Below, one piece after another: positions 49,596-62,700 of a DNA stretch of 64,000 bases. The notes under the pieces were generated by a model that was not told where the DNA came from, searched no databases, and worked only from the letters and a program-made list of their open reading frames with translations. Position 1 is the stretch's first letter. Every line of letters begins with the position of its first letter. Source of the DNA: Octopus vulgaris. Lineage: Eukaryota. The DNA is taken from NCBI GenBank assembly GCA_951406725.2, contig OX597828.1, positions 66,650,001 through 66,714,000 on the forward strand, given 5' to 3'. Both the position numbers and the translations under genes were made by a program.

Positions 49596-49795
49596 AATTA
49601 TTGTATACAGTGCTCAGGTGCACCACAACTTGTCAAAAAGTGCATATAAAGCATATGCAGTAATGTACAAATGTCTGGAAAGTGAACAGTGTATGAGTCA
49701 GATACATGCTTGCATGTGTATGGAGGGGAGAAAATCAGGTGTAGTGTTGGCGAATCTCAGGAAGCATGGAAGTTTTGAAGGATGGGGGTACCAAG
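49596..49795 (-). mobile_element. CR1-type LINE 3' end
   Basis: Reverse complement of the CACCTGAGCACTGTA 3' end seen after the ORF at 57704-58135. Confidence 0.7.
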
Positions 49796-49807
49796 CCATT
49801 TGGGTAT

Positions 49808-50039
49808 ACCTGTTTCTTTACTACCCACAAGGGGCTACATACGGAGGGGACAAACAAGGACAGACAAACGGATTAAGTTGATTACGTCGACCCCAGTGCA
49901 TAACTGGTACTTATTCAATCGATCCTGAAGGGATGAAAGGTAACGTTGACCTCGGTGGAATTTGAACTCAGAACGTAGCGGCAGACAAAATACCGCTAGG
50001 CATTTCACCCTGTGTGCTAACATTTCTGCCAGCTCGCCT
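49808..50039 (-). mobile_element. SINE family B
   Basis: Full match; flanking repeat TTTGGGTATACC. Confidence 0.85.
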
Positions 50040-50811
50040 TTGGGTATACCATGTACATACAGTGTATGTGTATTCATTCACATTAAATATTTATCAATAG
50101 TACAACTGTACATTGTCAGGAAAACAAATATCTTCTAAGAGGAATATCGACAATGAGTAAGGTTATTGTTTTGCAGTATATTAATATGAATATATATAAA
50201 GGCAACATGGGAAATGATGTAGTTGTGAGAGTGTGGCCAAAGTTTAACTAGTTCAACGACTGTCTTTGAACATAAAAAGGCAAGCCATCAGCAAATTCTG
50301 ATGTCAACCTTTAAGTTAAGCTGATAGTGTCTTTCAGCTTTCCATTTGTGCCCATCACTGTTGAGTTTCTCATTTGTGAATGTCTGTTTGTGCTTAGTAA
50401 ATCTCCCACCCTGCCACACACACACACAGATACTCATTTACATGATACATTAACATATATTGACAGATGTTTATAATACATAGACAATAAACACATATTC
50501 TCATGTACAAAAATTAGTACAAACACTTGTATACAGATTTATATACACAATAGGTGTGTTATGTGTATTTATATATATATATAGCTGCTTATACACAGTC
50601 ACATATTTGCATGGCTAATATACACTAAATTTGTAGTGTTTCTGCATAAATTTGCTGTTTTTGATTGACTTTAATATGTAACCTACAAGCCTAGACATGT
50701 ATGTAGGTCATATACACACACATATACATATGTACTTTTCTCCTATATATTTACATAAAATCATTGCAGATACATTTATGAAAATAACTTTTGTGTGTGT
50801 TCATATATATA

Positions 50812-51140
50812 TATATAAATTAGAAAAAAAACACCTTTTATCAATTCAAAATGAACAATTAAATTACACATCTAGAAAATTACATATAATAGAAATATTA
50901 AAATTAATATAACAATAAAATACCAATGATTAAGTAAATTGCAAAAAAATAATAAAAATGTATATAATTGGTAGAATAACCAAAAAAATATTTTTTATTA
51001 TTTTTTTGCAATTTGCTTAATCATTGGTATTTTATTGATATTTTAATTTTAATATTTCTATTATATGTAATTTTCTAGATGTGTAATTCAATTGTTCATT
51101 TTGAATTGAAAAAAGGTGTTTTTTTCTAATTTTATATATA
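50812..51140. repeat. AT-rich foldback, ~145-bp arms, embedded in (TA)n
   Basis: AATTAGAAAAAAAACACCTTTT...AAAAGGTGTTTTTTTCTAATT. Confidence 0.8.
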
Positions 51141-51237
51141 TATATATTATAGTGTGTGAAATTTGATTTAGTATTTCTAAATTGAATTTTTTCCCCTGTA
51201 AGTTAGGATTAATATTCCCTCAAATAATTATTATATA

Positions 51238-51440
51238 TCATCATCATCATCGTTTAGCGTCCGCTTTCCATGCTAGCATGGGTTGGACAGTTCAACTGGG
51301 GTCTGGGAAGCCAGAAGGCTGCACCAGGCCCCGTCTGATCTGGCAATGTTTCTACGGCTGGATGCCTTTCCTAACGCCAACCACTCCGTGAGTGTAGTGG
51401 GTGCTTTTTACGTGCCACCGGCACAGGTGCCAGACGAGGC
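51238..51440 (-). mobile_element. RTE LINE 3' end
   Basis: 3' UTR signature. Confidence 0.85.
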
Positions 51441-51489
51441 ATACATACACACACACATAGATACATACATATATATAATATAATATTGT

Positions 51490-52553
51490 ACGAGGTGGTG
51501 AGATGCTCAAAATATCTGGTAGTGTCGGCTATAGCCTAGTCACCCGTATAGTTAACCAGGTGATACACGAAGGAGTCATACCCAATGACTGGTGTAGCAG
51601 CATAATAGTCAACTGCTACAAAGGTAAAGGTGACACCCTAGATACAAATAACTACAGGGGTATCAAGCTGCTGGATCAGGTAATGAAGGTTACGGAGAGG
51701 GTTATAGCCCAACTAATTAGAGAGAGAGTTAGCTTAGATGAGATGCAGTTTGGGTTCGTGCCAGGGAAAAGTACTACTGATGCTATATTCCTGGTAAGAC
51801 AGCTGCAGGAGAAATACCTAGCCAAAGATAAGCCCCTGTACCTGGCTTTTATTGACATGGAGAAAGCATTCGACAGGGTCCCCCGATCCCTTATCTGGTG
51901 GTCAATGAGGAAACTAGGGATAGATGAATGGTTAGTGAGAGCTGTGCAAGCCATGTACAGAGACGCTGCTAGTAAGGTGAGGGTTGGCAACGAGTACAGT
52001 GAAGAATTCCGGGTAGAGGTTGGGGACCACCAAGGTTCAGTCCTCAGTCCCCTCCTATTTATCATAGTCCTCTAGGCAATAACGGAGGAATTCAAGACAG
52101 GATGCCCCTGCCAGTGGCACGTAAAAAGCACCATCCGTTCGTGGCCTTTGCCAGTCTTGCCTGGCCCCTGTGCCGGTGGCACGTAAAAAGCACCATCCAT
52201 TCGTGGCCGTTGCCAGCGCCGCCCCGACTGGCCTCCGTGCCAGTGGCATGTAAAAGCACCATCCGTTCGTGTCCATTGCCAGCCTCGCCTGGCCCCCGTG
52301 CCAGTGGCACATAAAAGCACCATCCGTTCGTGGCCGTTTGCCAGCTCCGTCTGGCACCTGTGCGGGTGGCACGTAAAAAGCACCCACTACACTCGCGGAG
52401 TGGTTGGCGTTAGGAAGGGCATCCAGCCGTAGAAACACTGCCAGATCAGACTGGGCCTGATGTAGCCTTCTGGCTTCACAGACCCCAGTTGAACCGTCCA
52501 ACCCATGCTAGCATGGAAAGCAGACGCTAAATGATGATGATGATGATGATGAT
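51490..52553 (+). mobile_element. RTE LINE reverse-transcriptase fragment joined to tandem-repeat 3' UTR
   Basis: NYRGIKLL, QFGF, FIDMEKAFDRV, QGSVLSP; ~60-bp UTR repeats; (TGA)n tail. Confidence 0.93.
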
Positions 52554-53399
52554 ACATATATATATATATATATTAATTGGTTCCAGGAGACACGACTTAA
52601 GCTGAAAAACGACTTGAGCCGAATTAATTTGTCTCTAGGCTAGGCTAGGCTGAATTTACTTGTCTCAAGGCTAAACCAATAATATCCATTCCCAGTTTTG
52701 TACTTCCTTTATGAATGCATTTTCAATAATACAGGGTTAATAAAAACCTATTTTAAGCTTACAAACAAATAATTTTTATTTTTTAATACAGTACAGTAAA
52801 AAAAAAAGTAATCTAAATTTATGAATACAATTTGGCGGTGTTTACTGTACATCGCGGACGCTTTATTTATGAATGCAAAAAGGCACTGTTAAATTAAAAG
52901 CCTCTTTTAATCTTAAAAACCAAATTCAGTAATTATTATTATTTTGCAATAGTAAAACAAACTAGATTATTCTAAATGCTGATTTGTGTTCTACAATCTT
53001 TTCAGAAGTACATTTGATGGAAAGAAAACCTCTAAGAGTGGGATAAGTGATAACTTACTTGAGAGATGTATTAAAGATAAACATGTTGAAATCAGAGAGT
53101 TTGATCTTCAATGCAGATTGAGTGAGGACTTTGGTTGTCTTGATATTCTATGGAAGGTGAAAGCAATCATATACACAAAGGAAGTTGTAGATTTCTAAAG
53201 TTTTTGATATGTGTGAGAGAAAGCAGCATTGTCATCCGGCTATGAAAAGATGGCATCGGATATCAACATCTGGATTGTTTGGTGGAATGTACACAAAAGT
53301 GTCACAGACAAATATTAAAGAAAGGACATCAGTGCAAAAACACAACTGAGAACTGCTTGCTTTGATAAAAAACATAACCTGACATACTTTCTTGCAGTG

Positions 53400-53915
53400 C
53401 TTCACCTAGTGAGGTGAAGGAACTTGGGTAGGCAGAATATTGAAGATGCTATTTAATAGCATCTCTTGGTACACCATCAAAACCCTTTTTCATTTTATAG
53501 AAGACAAAGATAAATAGTTTCTGAGTTGTCTGTTTTTGTCTTGGGGTTGCACAAAATAATCATGTAAATTGTGTTGCAACAAGCGCAAAAACTGCATTGA
53601 GATTTGGGTAAAATCTTGTCTGCAATGATCTGCAGACCATCTTGAAAGATTCTCGCTAATATCTTTCTCTTAATGGATATCAATGTCATTCCATGAACAT
53701 TCCCACAAGATTTTGAATCTTGTTTCTTCAAGGTGGTGATAATAATTGCATCTTTAAATTTATCTGGGATTCAGTGGTCTTGTCATATCTTCAGGATCAG
53801 AGAGAAAAGTTTGGTTTTGGAGGGTAGTCCAGCATGTTCCGGTAATTCAAGAAAGATTTTGTTGAGACCTGGGGATTTTCCTGGCTTCATACTGTCCGTG
53901 GTATTTTCAGACTCT
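53400..53915 (-). mobile_element. decayed RTE-type RT fragment (another family)
   Basis: CGNVHGMTLIS..RKILARI...ILPKSQCSF. Confidence 0.65.
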
Positions 53916-54062
53916 AAATGATAGTTGAACAAAAACAACAACAACTACATCATCATCATCATCGTCGTTGTCATCATCATCATCATCACCATCACCACCA
54001 CCACCACTGCAGCCACCACTGCCGCTACCACCACCACCGCCACCACCACCACCATCATCATC

Positions 54063-54435
54063 TTCTTATTCTTTGTAAGCCTAGTACTTATTCTATCGGT
54101 CTCTTTTGCCGAACTGCTAACTTACGGGGACGTAAACACACCAGCATCAGTTGTCAAGCAATGTTGGGGGAGACAAACACAGACACACAAGCACATACAC
54201 AAATATATATATATACATATATATATATATACACATATATATGACAGGCTTCTTTCAGTTTCCGTCTACCAAATCCACTCACAAGGCTTTGGTCGGCCCG
54301 AGGCTATAGTAGAAGATACTTGCTCAAGGTGCCACACAGTAGGACTGAACCTGGAACCATGTGGCTGGTAAGCAAGCTACTTACCACAGAGCCACTCCTA
54401 TGCCTACTACTTACCACACAGCTACTCCTACGCCT
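54063..54435 (-). mobile_element. SINE family A
   Basis: Match; head end locally duplicated. Confidence 0.85.
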
Positions 54436-54967
54436 ACAAAAATTTTAATTAAATTTAACTTAGTTTATCTCACCATATGAAAGGTCCTATGATGACCACA
54501 AGTATGGTTCCTTGTGCCATTCTCCTCTTCTACATTCTCTTCCCAATTAAAAAAATGGCAAAAAAATTTTATTTCAGCAAAAATGAATATAGACTAAAAA
54601 TAGATATATGTTATATTTTGATCAATTTTGAAAAAATTTGTTATGTTAAGATCATCTTTTTGAAGGGTGAGTATCTACCTTCCTACTTAGATCAACATAT
54701 AGAATAAGAACCCTCTCCTCCTAAAAAAAAAAATGAGCTGTTTGTATGCATGCTTCACCCTCTCTCTTCCCATCACACTACTGATAAGCACCTATCTGCA
54801 GTTCCAATACAAAAATCTTCAAATCTAAGTTCATTTTACCATCATAAATATTAGTGATTATTTTCAGATATGTGTATATGTGTTAATTATGCAAATAAAT
54901 ATGTAGCATGGTTTTACACTAAGTATGTGGAGCAAAGTTAATGCTTTGTGTATACGATTACTTTCAC

Positions 54968-55115
54968 CTTCCATAGAATATCAAGAATAAAGTCCTCACC
55001 CTGTCTGCTTGGAAGATCAAATGCTTTGATTTCAAGATCTTTATCTTTAATACATCTCTCAAGTAAGTTATCGCTTATCCCACTCTTAGAGGTCTTTTTT
55101 CCATCAAATGTACTT
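54968..55115 (-). CDS. candidate internal exon STFDGKKTSKSGISDNLLERCIKDKDLEIKAFDLPSRQGEDFILDILWK, unidentified
   Basis: Branch-like GACTAAC, acceptor TTCTTTTCAG, open frame, donor AAG|GTGAAA; inverted paralog at 53006-53156 keeps the frame. Confidence 0.35.
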
Positions 55116-55171
55116 CTGAAAAGAATGTTGAACACAAAACTGGGTTAGTCCTATCAGCATTGGCAAACTTA

Positions 55172-55882
55172 CGAGGAGAAGTCAAAAATTATCCACACTT
55201 TCACCATAACATATCTTTATTATTGTCAGGCTGCCTTCTGCATATGTGTGCTTTTAGTTGGTACTATTGTGGTCATGAGATCGAAGTTTGAGCCTGACCA
55301 TGCCATTTTTCTTCCTGGCTTTACAGTGTAAGCATGGCTGCTCCACTAACAATGTGCACCAAAGAAGAACAAAGAGCAGTGATCCAATTTCTCTGGAAAA
55401 GGGTTGTCTGCTCAACAGTACAAGATACGGTGCTTTGCTGGTCAACAAACTGAAGCCAGCAATTCACACCAAACACTGAAGCCTGTTGTCAAAGAAAGTT
55501 TTGTTGTTGCTTGACAATGCATGCCTATACACAGCCGCCCAGACTGTTGAAACCATTAATCAATTCGGTTTTGAAGTACTGGAACACCCTGCCTACAGCC
55601 CAGATCTTGCCCCTTCCAACTATCATAACTTTGGACTGCTCAAAGATAGTTTACGACATTGTCAATTTCCTACAGATGAAGATGCGAAGGAAGCAGTATA
55701 TAAATGGTTGCATGACCAACCAAAAACCTTCTTGGAGGGAATATGCAAATTAATGGACCATAGGACCAAGTGCATCAAATAGGATGGAGGCTATATGGAA
55801 AAATGATGTACTTGTTTATTCCCTGCTTTTGTATAAATACATTGAGAAAACAAGAATGTGTATAGGTTTTTACTCTCCCTTG
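55172..55882 (+). mobile_element. mariner remnant, internally deleted
   Basis: TA-flanked imperfect TIRs; LLLDNA...HPAYSPDLAPSNY (third catalytic D replaced by N). Confidence 0.9.
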
Positions 55883-56346
55883 TACAAAATGGGTCATTAA
55901 GAACAAAGATCTTCCCAACAAAATGAAACTTTTGGCTTATCAATCAACTTTGATGTATAGTTGTGAAAAATAGGCATTTTATCATCATGACATCATGCTT
56001 CATAATTCATTGATATACATCATTTCCTGATAACATTGTTAACTTGGGTACTTTTCAAAATATATTTTGGTTCACTCATTTGAGATTGATTGTTGAAAGT
56101 ATATATTCTAGTGGCTTATGATAATAGGAAATTGTAGAGCTATGTGAATCATATTTTGTTTAACTATAAGGTTGTTCTGAAAATAACGGATGCTCTAAGT
56201 GTTGTGTTTTGAAACGCAATTTTATCACAGTATTTTAATTATATTTCTGGTGAATTTCGACTTACTTAATAATTGATGTATGGTCTTTAATAATTTTCTA
56301 TTTATTTCAGATAGAAACCATTCTTGAAGCATAGGCGTCCTTAATT

Positions 56347-56990
56347 ATGAACATGACAAAAAAGGACCTTCGCTTACTTTTCCTGTATGAGTTCAAGCTT
56401 GGACACAATGCCTCCCAAACTGTTGCCAATATCAATAGAGCATGGGGAGAGGGGTCCACAAGTGATCGCACAGTATGAAGGTGGTTTCAGAAATTCTGTA
56501 GTGGTGATGAAAGCCTTGAAGATGAAGACGGTAGAGGATGGTCATGCAGTCTTGACAATGAAAAACTGAAAGCAATTATTGAACAAAACCCATGTCAAAG
56601 TATCAGAGAAATGTCTCAGGCATTTGGTATCGGTATTACAATGGCCTCATGCAATCTGCAGAAGATTGGTAAGGTGAAAAGCTCAATAAATGGGTCCCAC
56701 ATGAGCTCGATGAAAATCAAAAAGTTCAGCATTTTGAAGCATGCTTGATGCTCTTTCTGCAAAAAACCAAATAGTGGATCTTTTATGATAACCATAAACG
56801 ATCAGGTCAATGGTTTGAATGTGATGAGTCCCCCAAGCATTTCTCAAAGCCAAAGTTGCATCAGCAAAAGATTATGGGGACTGTCTGGTGGTCTGCAATT
56901 GGTGTTGTCCATTGCAGCTTTCTGGAAGCCAATCAGGACATTATAGCAGAGGTTTACTGCAATCAACATGCTGAAATGCATAAAGCACCA
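56347..56990 (+). mobile_element. mariner transposase pseudogene (N-terminal two-thirds)
   Basis: FLYEFKLGHNA...RWFQKFCSGDESLEDE, WVPHEL, WIFYDN, KIMGTVWW; stops and frameshifts. Confidence 0.9.
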
Positions 56991-57087
56991 TTTTGTATTC
57001 TTTGTATCTTAAATTAATATTTTGCTTTATTGGAGAGATTGGAAGCCTAAACAAGGCTGGCATAATCCATAATGGATTTAATGTATT

Positions 57088-57292
57088 GTCGGGGACAAGA
57101 AACAGGAAGAAAGAGTGAGAGAAAGTTGGAGCGAAAGAGTACAACAGAGGTTGCCACCACCCCCTGCTGGAGCCTCGTGGACCTTTTAGGTGTTTTCGCT
57201 CAATAAACACACACAACGCCTGGTCTGGGAATCGAAACCACGATCCTCCGATCGCGAGTCTGCTGCCTTGACCATTGGGCCATTGCGCTTCC
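57088..57292 (-). mobile_element. SINE family D
   Basis: Match to 44330-44678. Confidence 0.8.
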
Positions 57293-57703
57293 ACTGATGT
57301 TGCTGGTAAGAAGGGAGGCAATAGGAGCTACTTAAAGTCTGTTGTTTTGGAACCAGGTTTCTAGGTGATTTATGTAGAGTTGGAATAGTCATGCAGCTGT
57401 GTCTGGAGAATAGTGGGATGTAAGTGTGGTGTTGACTGTGTGTGTATGGGAGGGTGGGGGCTGTGCATATGTTTTGAGGGGTTGGAAGAAAATCGTATTG
57501 ATATAAGCCAAGAAGAATGAGTGAAAAGATGGAACCTTGCAGCTTTCTATTTAGGACAGAGCAAATTTGTTTTTCTGCACTTTATAGCATTGGCTGACAT
57601 GACAGGTAGTTTTCTGGGCAGTCTTTTATGTTGTTTCTTAACGAGATGTTGAATATTTTGTGTTTAAGTGGATAGTAATAATGAAAGGAGTCTTTAATGA
57701 CAC

Positions 57704-58200
57704 TTGGAATTCGCATCATCAGTTTGGAACCCCTATCTTGCTCAGAACATTGACCTCCTGGAATCTGTTCAGAGACGTGCAACCAAATGCATACCCTCCA
57801 TCAGACACCTACCATACTTTGAGCGCCTTGTTTCCCTGGGCATGGATTCACTGAAGCTCCGACGTCTGGCAATGGACTTGGTAAACACCCACAAAGTTAT
57901 CAACCACCTCACCAACAACAACACTGAACACCTTTTTGATCTCCATGTGTCCAACACACGTGGACATGCCTACAAAGTCAGAAAACAACACAGCTCCCAT
58001 GACTTTCGGAAACATTTTTTCACACTCAGAGTTGCTGAAGCATGGAACAAACTGCCTGCGTCAGTTGTTGACTGCCATGACACTGCATCCTTTAAGGCCC
58101 TCATGCTTTCCGAAATCCGACGAAACTACACCTGATTATACATACACTTTAGATGAGTTGTAGTACACCTGAGCACTGTACACAATGTTTTATTATTATT
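57704..58200 (+). mobile_element. CR1-type LINE ORF2 C-terminus and 3' UTR
   Basis: LEFASSVWNPY, LESVQRRATK, TRGH, FFTLRV...WNKLP; (TTA)n tail. Confidence 0.9.
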
Positions 58201-58380
58201 AAGGATTAATCCTTAAATGTCTGAAGGCTCTGTAATGGTTCTGTAATATGGTGCTTCATTTGGGCTTAAAATTACAATTTTGCCCAGTTGCAAGAGAATA
58301 TGGCAGCATTGGTGTGAGCTGTTGTTGGTCAGCACAGGTCGAACCTGATTGAGCGGATCTATAATGTTAGGACTACATTA

Positions 58381-58760
58381 TAGGTGTAGGAGTGGCTGTG
58401 TGGTAAGTAGCTTGCTTACAAACCACATGGTTCCGGGTTCAGTCCCACTGTGTGGCACCTTGGGCAAGTGTCTTCTACTATGGCCTCGGGCCGACCAAAG
58501 CCTTGTGAGTGGATTTGGTAGAAGGAAACTGAAAGAAGCCCGTCGTATATATGTATATATATGTATGTGCATGCATATGTTTGTGTGTCTGTGTTTGTCC
58601 CCACCCCCAATAACTTAGTGGTTCGGCAAAAGTGACCGATAGAATAAGCACTAGGTTTACAAAGAATAAGTCCCGGGGTCGATTTGCTCGACTAAAGGCG
58701 GTGCTCTAGCATGGCAGCAGTCAAATGACTGAAACAAGTAAAAGAGTAAAGGGTAAAGAG
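58381..58760 (+). mobile_element. SINE family A
   Basis: Full-length match. Confidence 0.9.
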
Positions 58761-59048
58761 AGTATCCGATGAAGTCTTTTCCTTTCCCAAGATGATCTTG
58801 AGGGTCTTGAGGGAAATCTGACTGTTATTTGTAGCAGAGTCAACTGTGTGACAATTCCTTCAGGCTCCAGGTGCACGTTAAGGATTCCATCAGTTTCTTA
58901 GATTTTATGCAGTTATTTATTCTCTCTTTATTAAAATGTTAGCCTTTCACATGTTCCTAGCAATAAACTGCACAATCCCTGTGTTTACAGCCTATTGAAC
59001 TGTTGGGTTATCCAGTAATAAGTGTTAATGTAAGAAGGAAAATGCTGT

Positions 59049-59535
59049 CATCATCATCATCATCATTTAACGTCCACTTTCCATGCTAGCATGGGTTGGA
59101 CGGTTTGACTGAGGGCTGGCGAACCAGATGGCTGCACCCGGCTCCAGTCTTGATCTGGCAGAGTTTCTACAGCTGGATGCTCTTCCTAATGCCATCCTCT
59201 CCAAGAGTGTAGTGGGTGCTTTTATGTGCCACCGGCATGGGGGCCAGTAAGGCGGTACTGGCAACGACCTCGCTCAAATGTGCCAGTAAGGTGATGCTGG
59301 TAATGATCCTGCTCGAATGGTGCCTCCTACATGCCACCAGCACGGGAGCCAGTTAGCCGCTCTGGCAACGATCAGGCTCAGATGGTGCTCTTAGCACCCT
59401 GCTAGCACGGGGCACAAGTACCAGTAAGGTGAAGCTGGTAATGATCACACTCGAATGGTGCCCTTTAATGTGTCACTGGCACGGAAGCCAGTTAGCTGCT
59501 CAGTCAACGATCACGCTCGTATGGTGCTCATTCCC
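59049..59535 (-). mobile_element. RTE LINE 3' UTR with tandem repeats
   Basis: 3' signature; another short copy at 59684-59850. Confidence 0.85.
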
Positions 59536-60330
59536 GTCATTAATGATAAAGCATGAACTGTTAATCTATTGATTAAACTTGTGTTGGGACCATTGCAGAT
59601 TTATGTATGTGTGCATGCACCCCTAACACTTAATTTTCAGGTAAAAGCCAACTGTTTTCATTTGAAAAACCCACTTTTCAATATCATCATCATCATCATC
59701 GTCATTTAACGTCTGCTTTCCATGATGGCATGGATTGGACGGTTTGACAGGAGTTGGCCAGGCAGGAGCCTGCACCAGACTTCTGTGTCTCTTTTGGCAC
59801 AGTTTTTATAGATGGATACCTTTCCTAACACAAATCACCCAGGTGAGTGGACAATATGGAATGAGAAAATAAGATTTTATTCATTCAGATAGTCTATACT
59901 ACAGCTTATATATAAGGCATTTTTCTAATGAGAGATATAATACTTCATTGAGAAATTGGTTTATTGCATATCTCTGTTCTTTAATTCTACCTCTGATGTT
60001 AATTCTCAACACCAGGAAATAAATTTTAATGAAATTTCTTTATGGATATCGAACTCCCGTTTGTTATACCATTGTCCGCTTTGCTGTTCATCATTTATCT
60101 GACTTAGCAATTGTCATCAATAATTTTTTTTTATCCTGCATCTAATATAGAAACAACAAAATCAAAATCTCTTAATTCATAAACTTGGTATCTTCATCTT
60201 CTCTTTAACAGTTTACGAGTAACAGCATCAGCTACCATGACCAGTACTTCTAGTTAATTAATAACCACACAGTAATTATATCGTGACGATACAACCAGTT
60301 GACATGTAGCGATCGATATTGGGGAGTTGT

Positions 60331-60340
60331 CGCGGGAAAA
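60331..60340 (-). promoter_or_regulatory. E2F consensus site in CpG-rich promoter-like zone
   Basis: TTTTCCCGCG about 220 bp upstream of the ATG at 60561. Confidence 0.35.
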
Positions 60341-60560
60341 ATTCCTGCAAGTTTGTAGAACTCTTCATTTTGCAAGCAAACGATTACTTCCGCTTTGAGT
60401 CTCTGTCCGTCTCTGATTTGGATGCTTAATTGATGATTGTTTTGGCAATTACTTAATAGATTTATCACGATGTTATCTTTCAAACACGAGTGTTCCAGAA
60501 ACTGTTCGGACTGAAGTTCACATGTAACGCGATTAGTGTTATATTAAAGGAGGAAATTAC

Positions 60561-60645
60561 ATGAAAATGGAAATTATGGGCGAGTTACGAAGGGTACCTG
60601 TGACTTTGTTTATATTCCTTGGATTGTTGTTCTGGAAGTCTTACG
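60561..60645 (+). CDS. candidate first coding exon of a secreted or membrane protein, MKMEIMGELRRVPVTLFIFLGLLFWKSY
   Basis: Basic residues plus hydrophobic core (signal-peptide pattern), strong phase-1 donor G|GTAAGA, CpG-rich surroundings. Confidence 0.65.
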
Positions 60646-61090
60646 GTAAGACCAGTTCCAATGTTATACGTTCTTAAAATCAATATTTAGTTTTAGAGAG
60701 TTAATTCTAGAATATTAACAGTTTATTTTTGTCTGATTAAATCGTTCGGTGATAATGTAAACAATGTATGTTGAATGTGGGACACCTACTTATTGATTGA
60801 ATTTATTTCTTCCTTGTCTTGTAAAACATTCTCCTCATTAATAATGCATTAGTCCTTTTATCGTATTTATTATTTCTTACGCATTGTTTTATTTACGTCG
60901 TAAATACACGAACCCTTCGTCACATGGGTTGTGTTTTCGTAGCTCAGTTTTATGATTAATTTATAACCACTGCTTTAATTGCAAAATATAAGGTTTCATT
61001 TTCTAAGTTAGCTGTTTGTAAAATCTTCAAGATCGAAAATATGACCCCTTAAATGCTATTAGCTACTCGCAAGGATTTTATTGGTATAAC

Positions 61091-61317
61091 GTAACTAGTT
61101 TTTCGTTTTGGATTTGGTTTGCAAGATTCTTTATGTGAGTTCGTGTGTTGAAGCATATTCTGTTGTGTCTGGGGAGAGTCATTTTCTTTTTGTGCCTTAT
61201 TATGTAACACACTCACCAGTAAAATCTCCCCCCTTTTCTTATTTTTATTGTCCTAAAATTTTCATTGCAACTTAAGGGACAAAAAGAAAATGACTCTCCC
61301 CAGAAGTAACTAGTTTT
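61091..61317. mobile_element. short insertion with 12-bp direct repeats and a 26-bp internal inverted repeat
   Basis: GTAACTAGTTTT at 61091 and 61306; inverted repeat 61168-61193 / 61279-61304. Confidence 0.6.
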
Positions 61318-62224
61318 CACTTTCCGATATCAGGCGGGGTTTTAATATTGACGACACTTCGCTATGATTAACTTATTATTTGTTATTGTTTAAGATGGTA
61401 TATAAATTCGAAGCACTAGGCAATCCTAGTCCTTATTTTATCGACTCCAAAAGGATAGCAACACTTTTGTATAAGTGCGAGTCTTGGGTTCATGAGAAAG
61501 GATATGGTTTGTGAGATATTTCAAGCTAATTGCAAATTCACATAATGTCCAATGGATGGATATTGTTGGTAATGTCATAAAATTGTTTGATTAAGAAAAG
61601 TTTCTTCTTTTTTTTTCTCTCTCTAAAACTTACTTATTGTTAAAGCAGTTGTCTTATGTAGTTTTAGGGTATTGGGTACTGATGCAGAGAAAATTAATTA
61701 AGTTGACAACACCAGAACAGTTACAGACTGATATACGTTCAGAAGGGATGTGTATGTTGCCGTTTGGTTTAGAGCAATCTGATTGTTTTCAGAAGCATTC
61801 ATTCAGATACAGACAAGCCTTGCGATGGCGATGGAGGAAACGGGTCCTTTCCACATAGACTATGTAAGAGAGACCATTGGAGAACTATGCAAGAGACCAT
61901 TGGAGAAAGAAATGCTTCCTTCAAGTATCAGATGTTACAGAAATATAATTGTATTGACAATTAGCACTTAAAATTCATGTTAATTGACAACATTCATTTG
62001 CTATGTGTATTTGATCACTTATAAACCAGGGCCAAAATTTCATCAATCCTGCTAACCACCATGCACACAAACATTCTACATATTAAACAGGATGATTAGT
62101 GGTTTGTCTGTTTTCCTACTTATTACAACTTTGGTCTCCTTTAAGTTAACTTCAAGGCCCTTTGATTCTAGGTTTTGCTTCCGTGCCTAGAATTACTGTT
62201 TTAATTCTACTACAGATTCAGCTA

Positions 62225-62700
62225 TAAGATCAAGGTCATCAGTATAGAGGAGCTCTCATAGGCAACCAGTCTTAAGCCCTCTGTCATAGCTTGGAGGACT
62301 ATGATGAATAAGAAGAGGACGAAGAACTGAGCCCTGGTGAACTCCCTGCATACTAAATTCATTGCTATGTTCATTGCTAACTCTCGCCTTATCAACAACA
62401 TCTGTGTACATGGCTTGGATGGCTCTTACCTGCCATTCGTTGATCCCTAGCTTCTCTCCAATGACAAGGGTAACGGGGTGACGCTATGAAGGGTTTTCTC
62501 TAGCAGTTTATTTTTCTAGTAATTTTCTAGTAAGGCAATTATTCCTGTAATTGCTTTACTAGACAGAGTGTATCAACCAAACTGCATCTCATCTGGGTGA
62601 ATCAGATTAAATGAACTGATGGAATCTTTGCATCAACACGTTCCTCCTTGCGACAATGTAGCCTTTAATCAAATGAAGATATCTTTGGCTTGAAGAGTAG
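62225..62700 (-). mobile_element. decayed RTE RT fragment
   Basis: Minus VHQGSVL...LFIIVLQAMTE homologous to 52020-52100. Confidence 0.75.

Noticed and set aside
56347-56990. Domesticated SETMAR-like exon (acceptor TTTCAG near 56310)
   Set aside because: In-frame stops and frameshifts; no SET domain in the window
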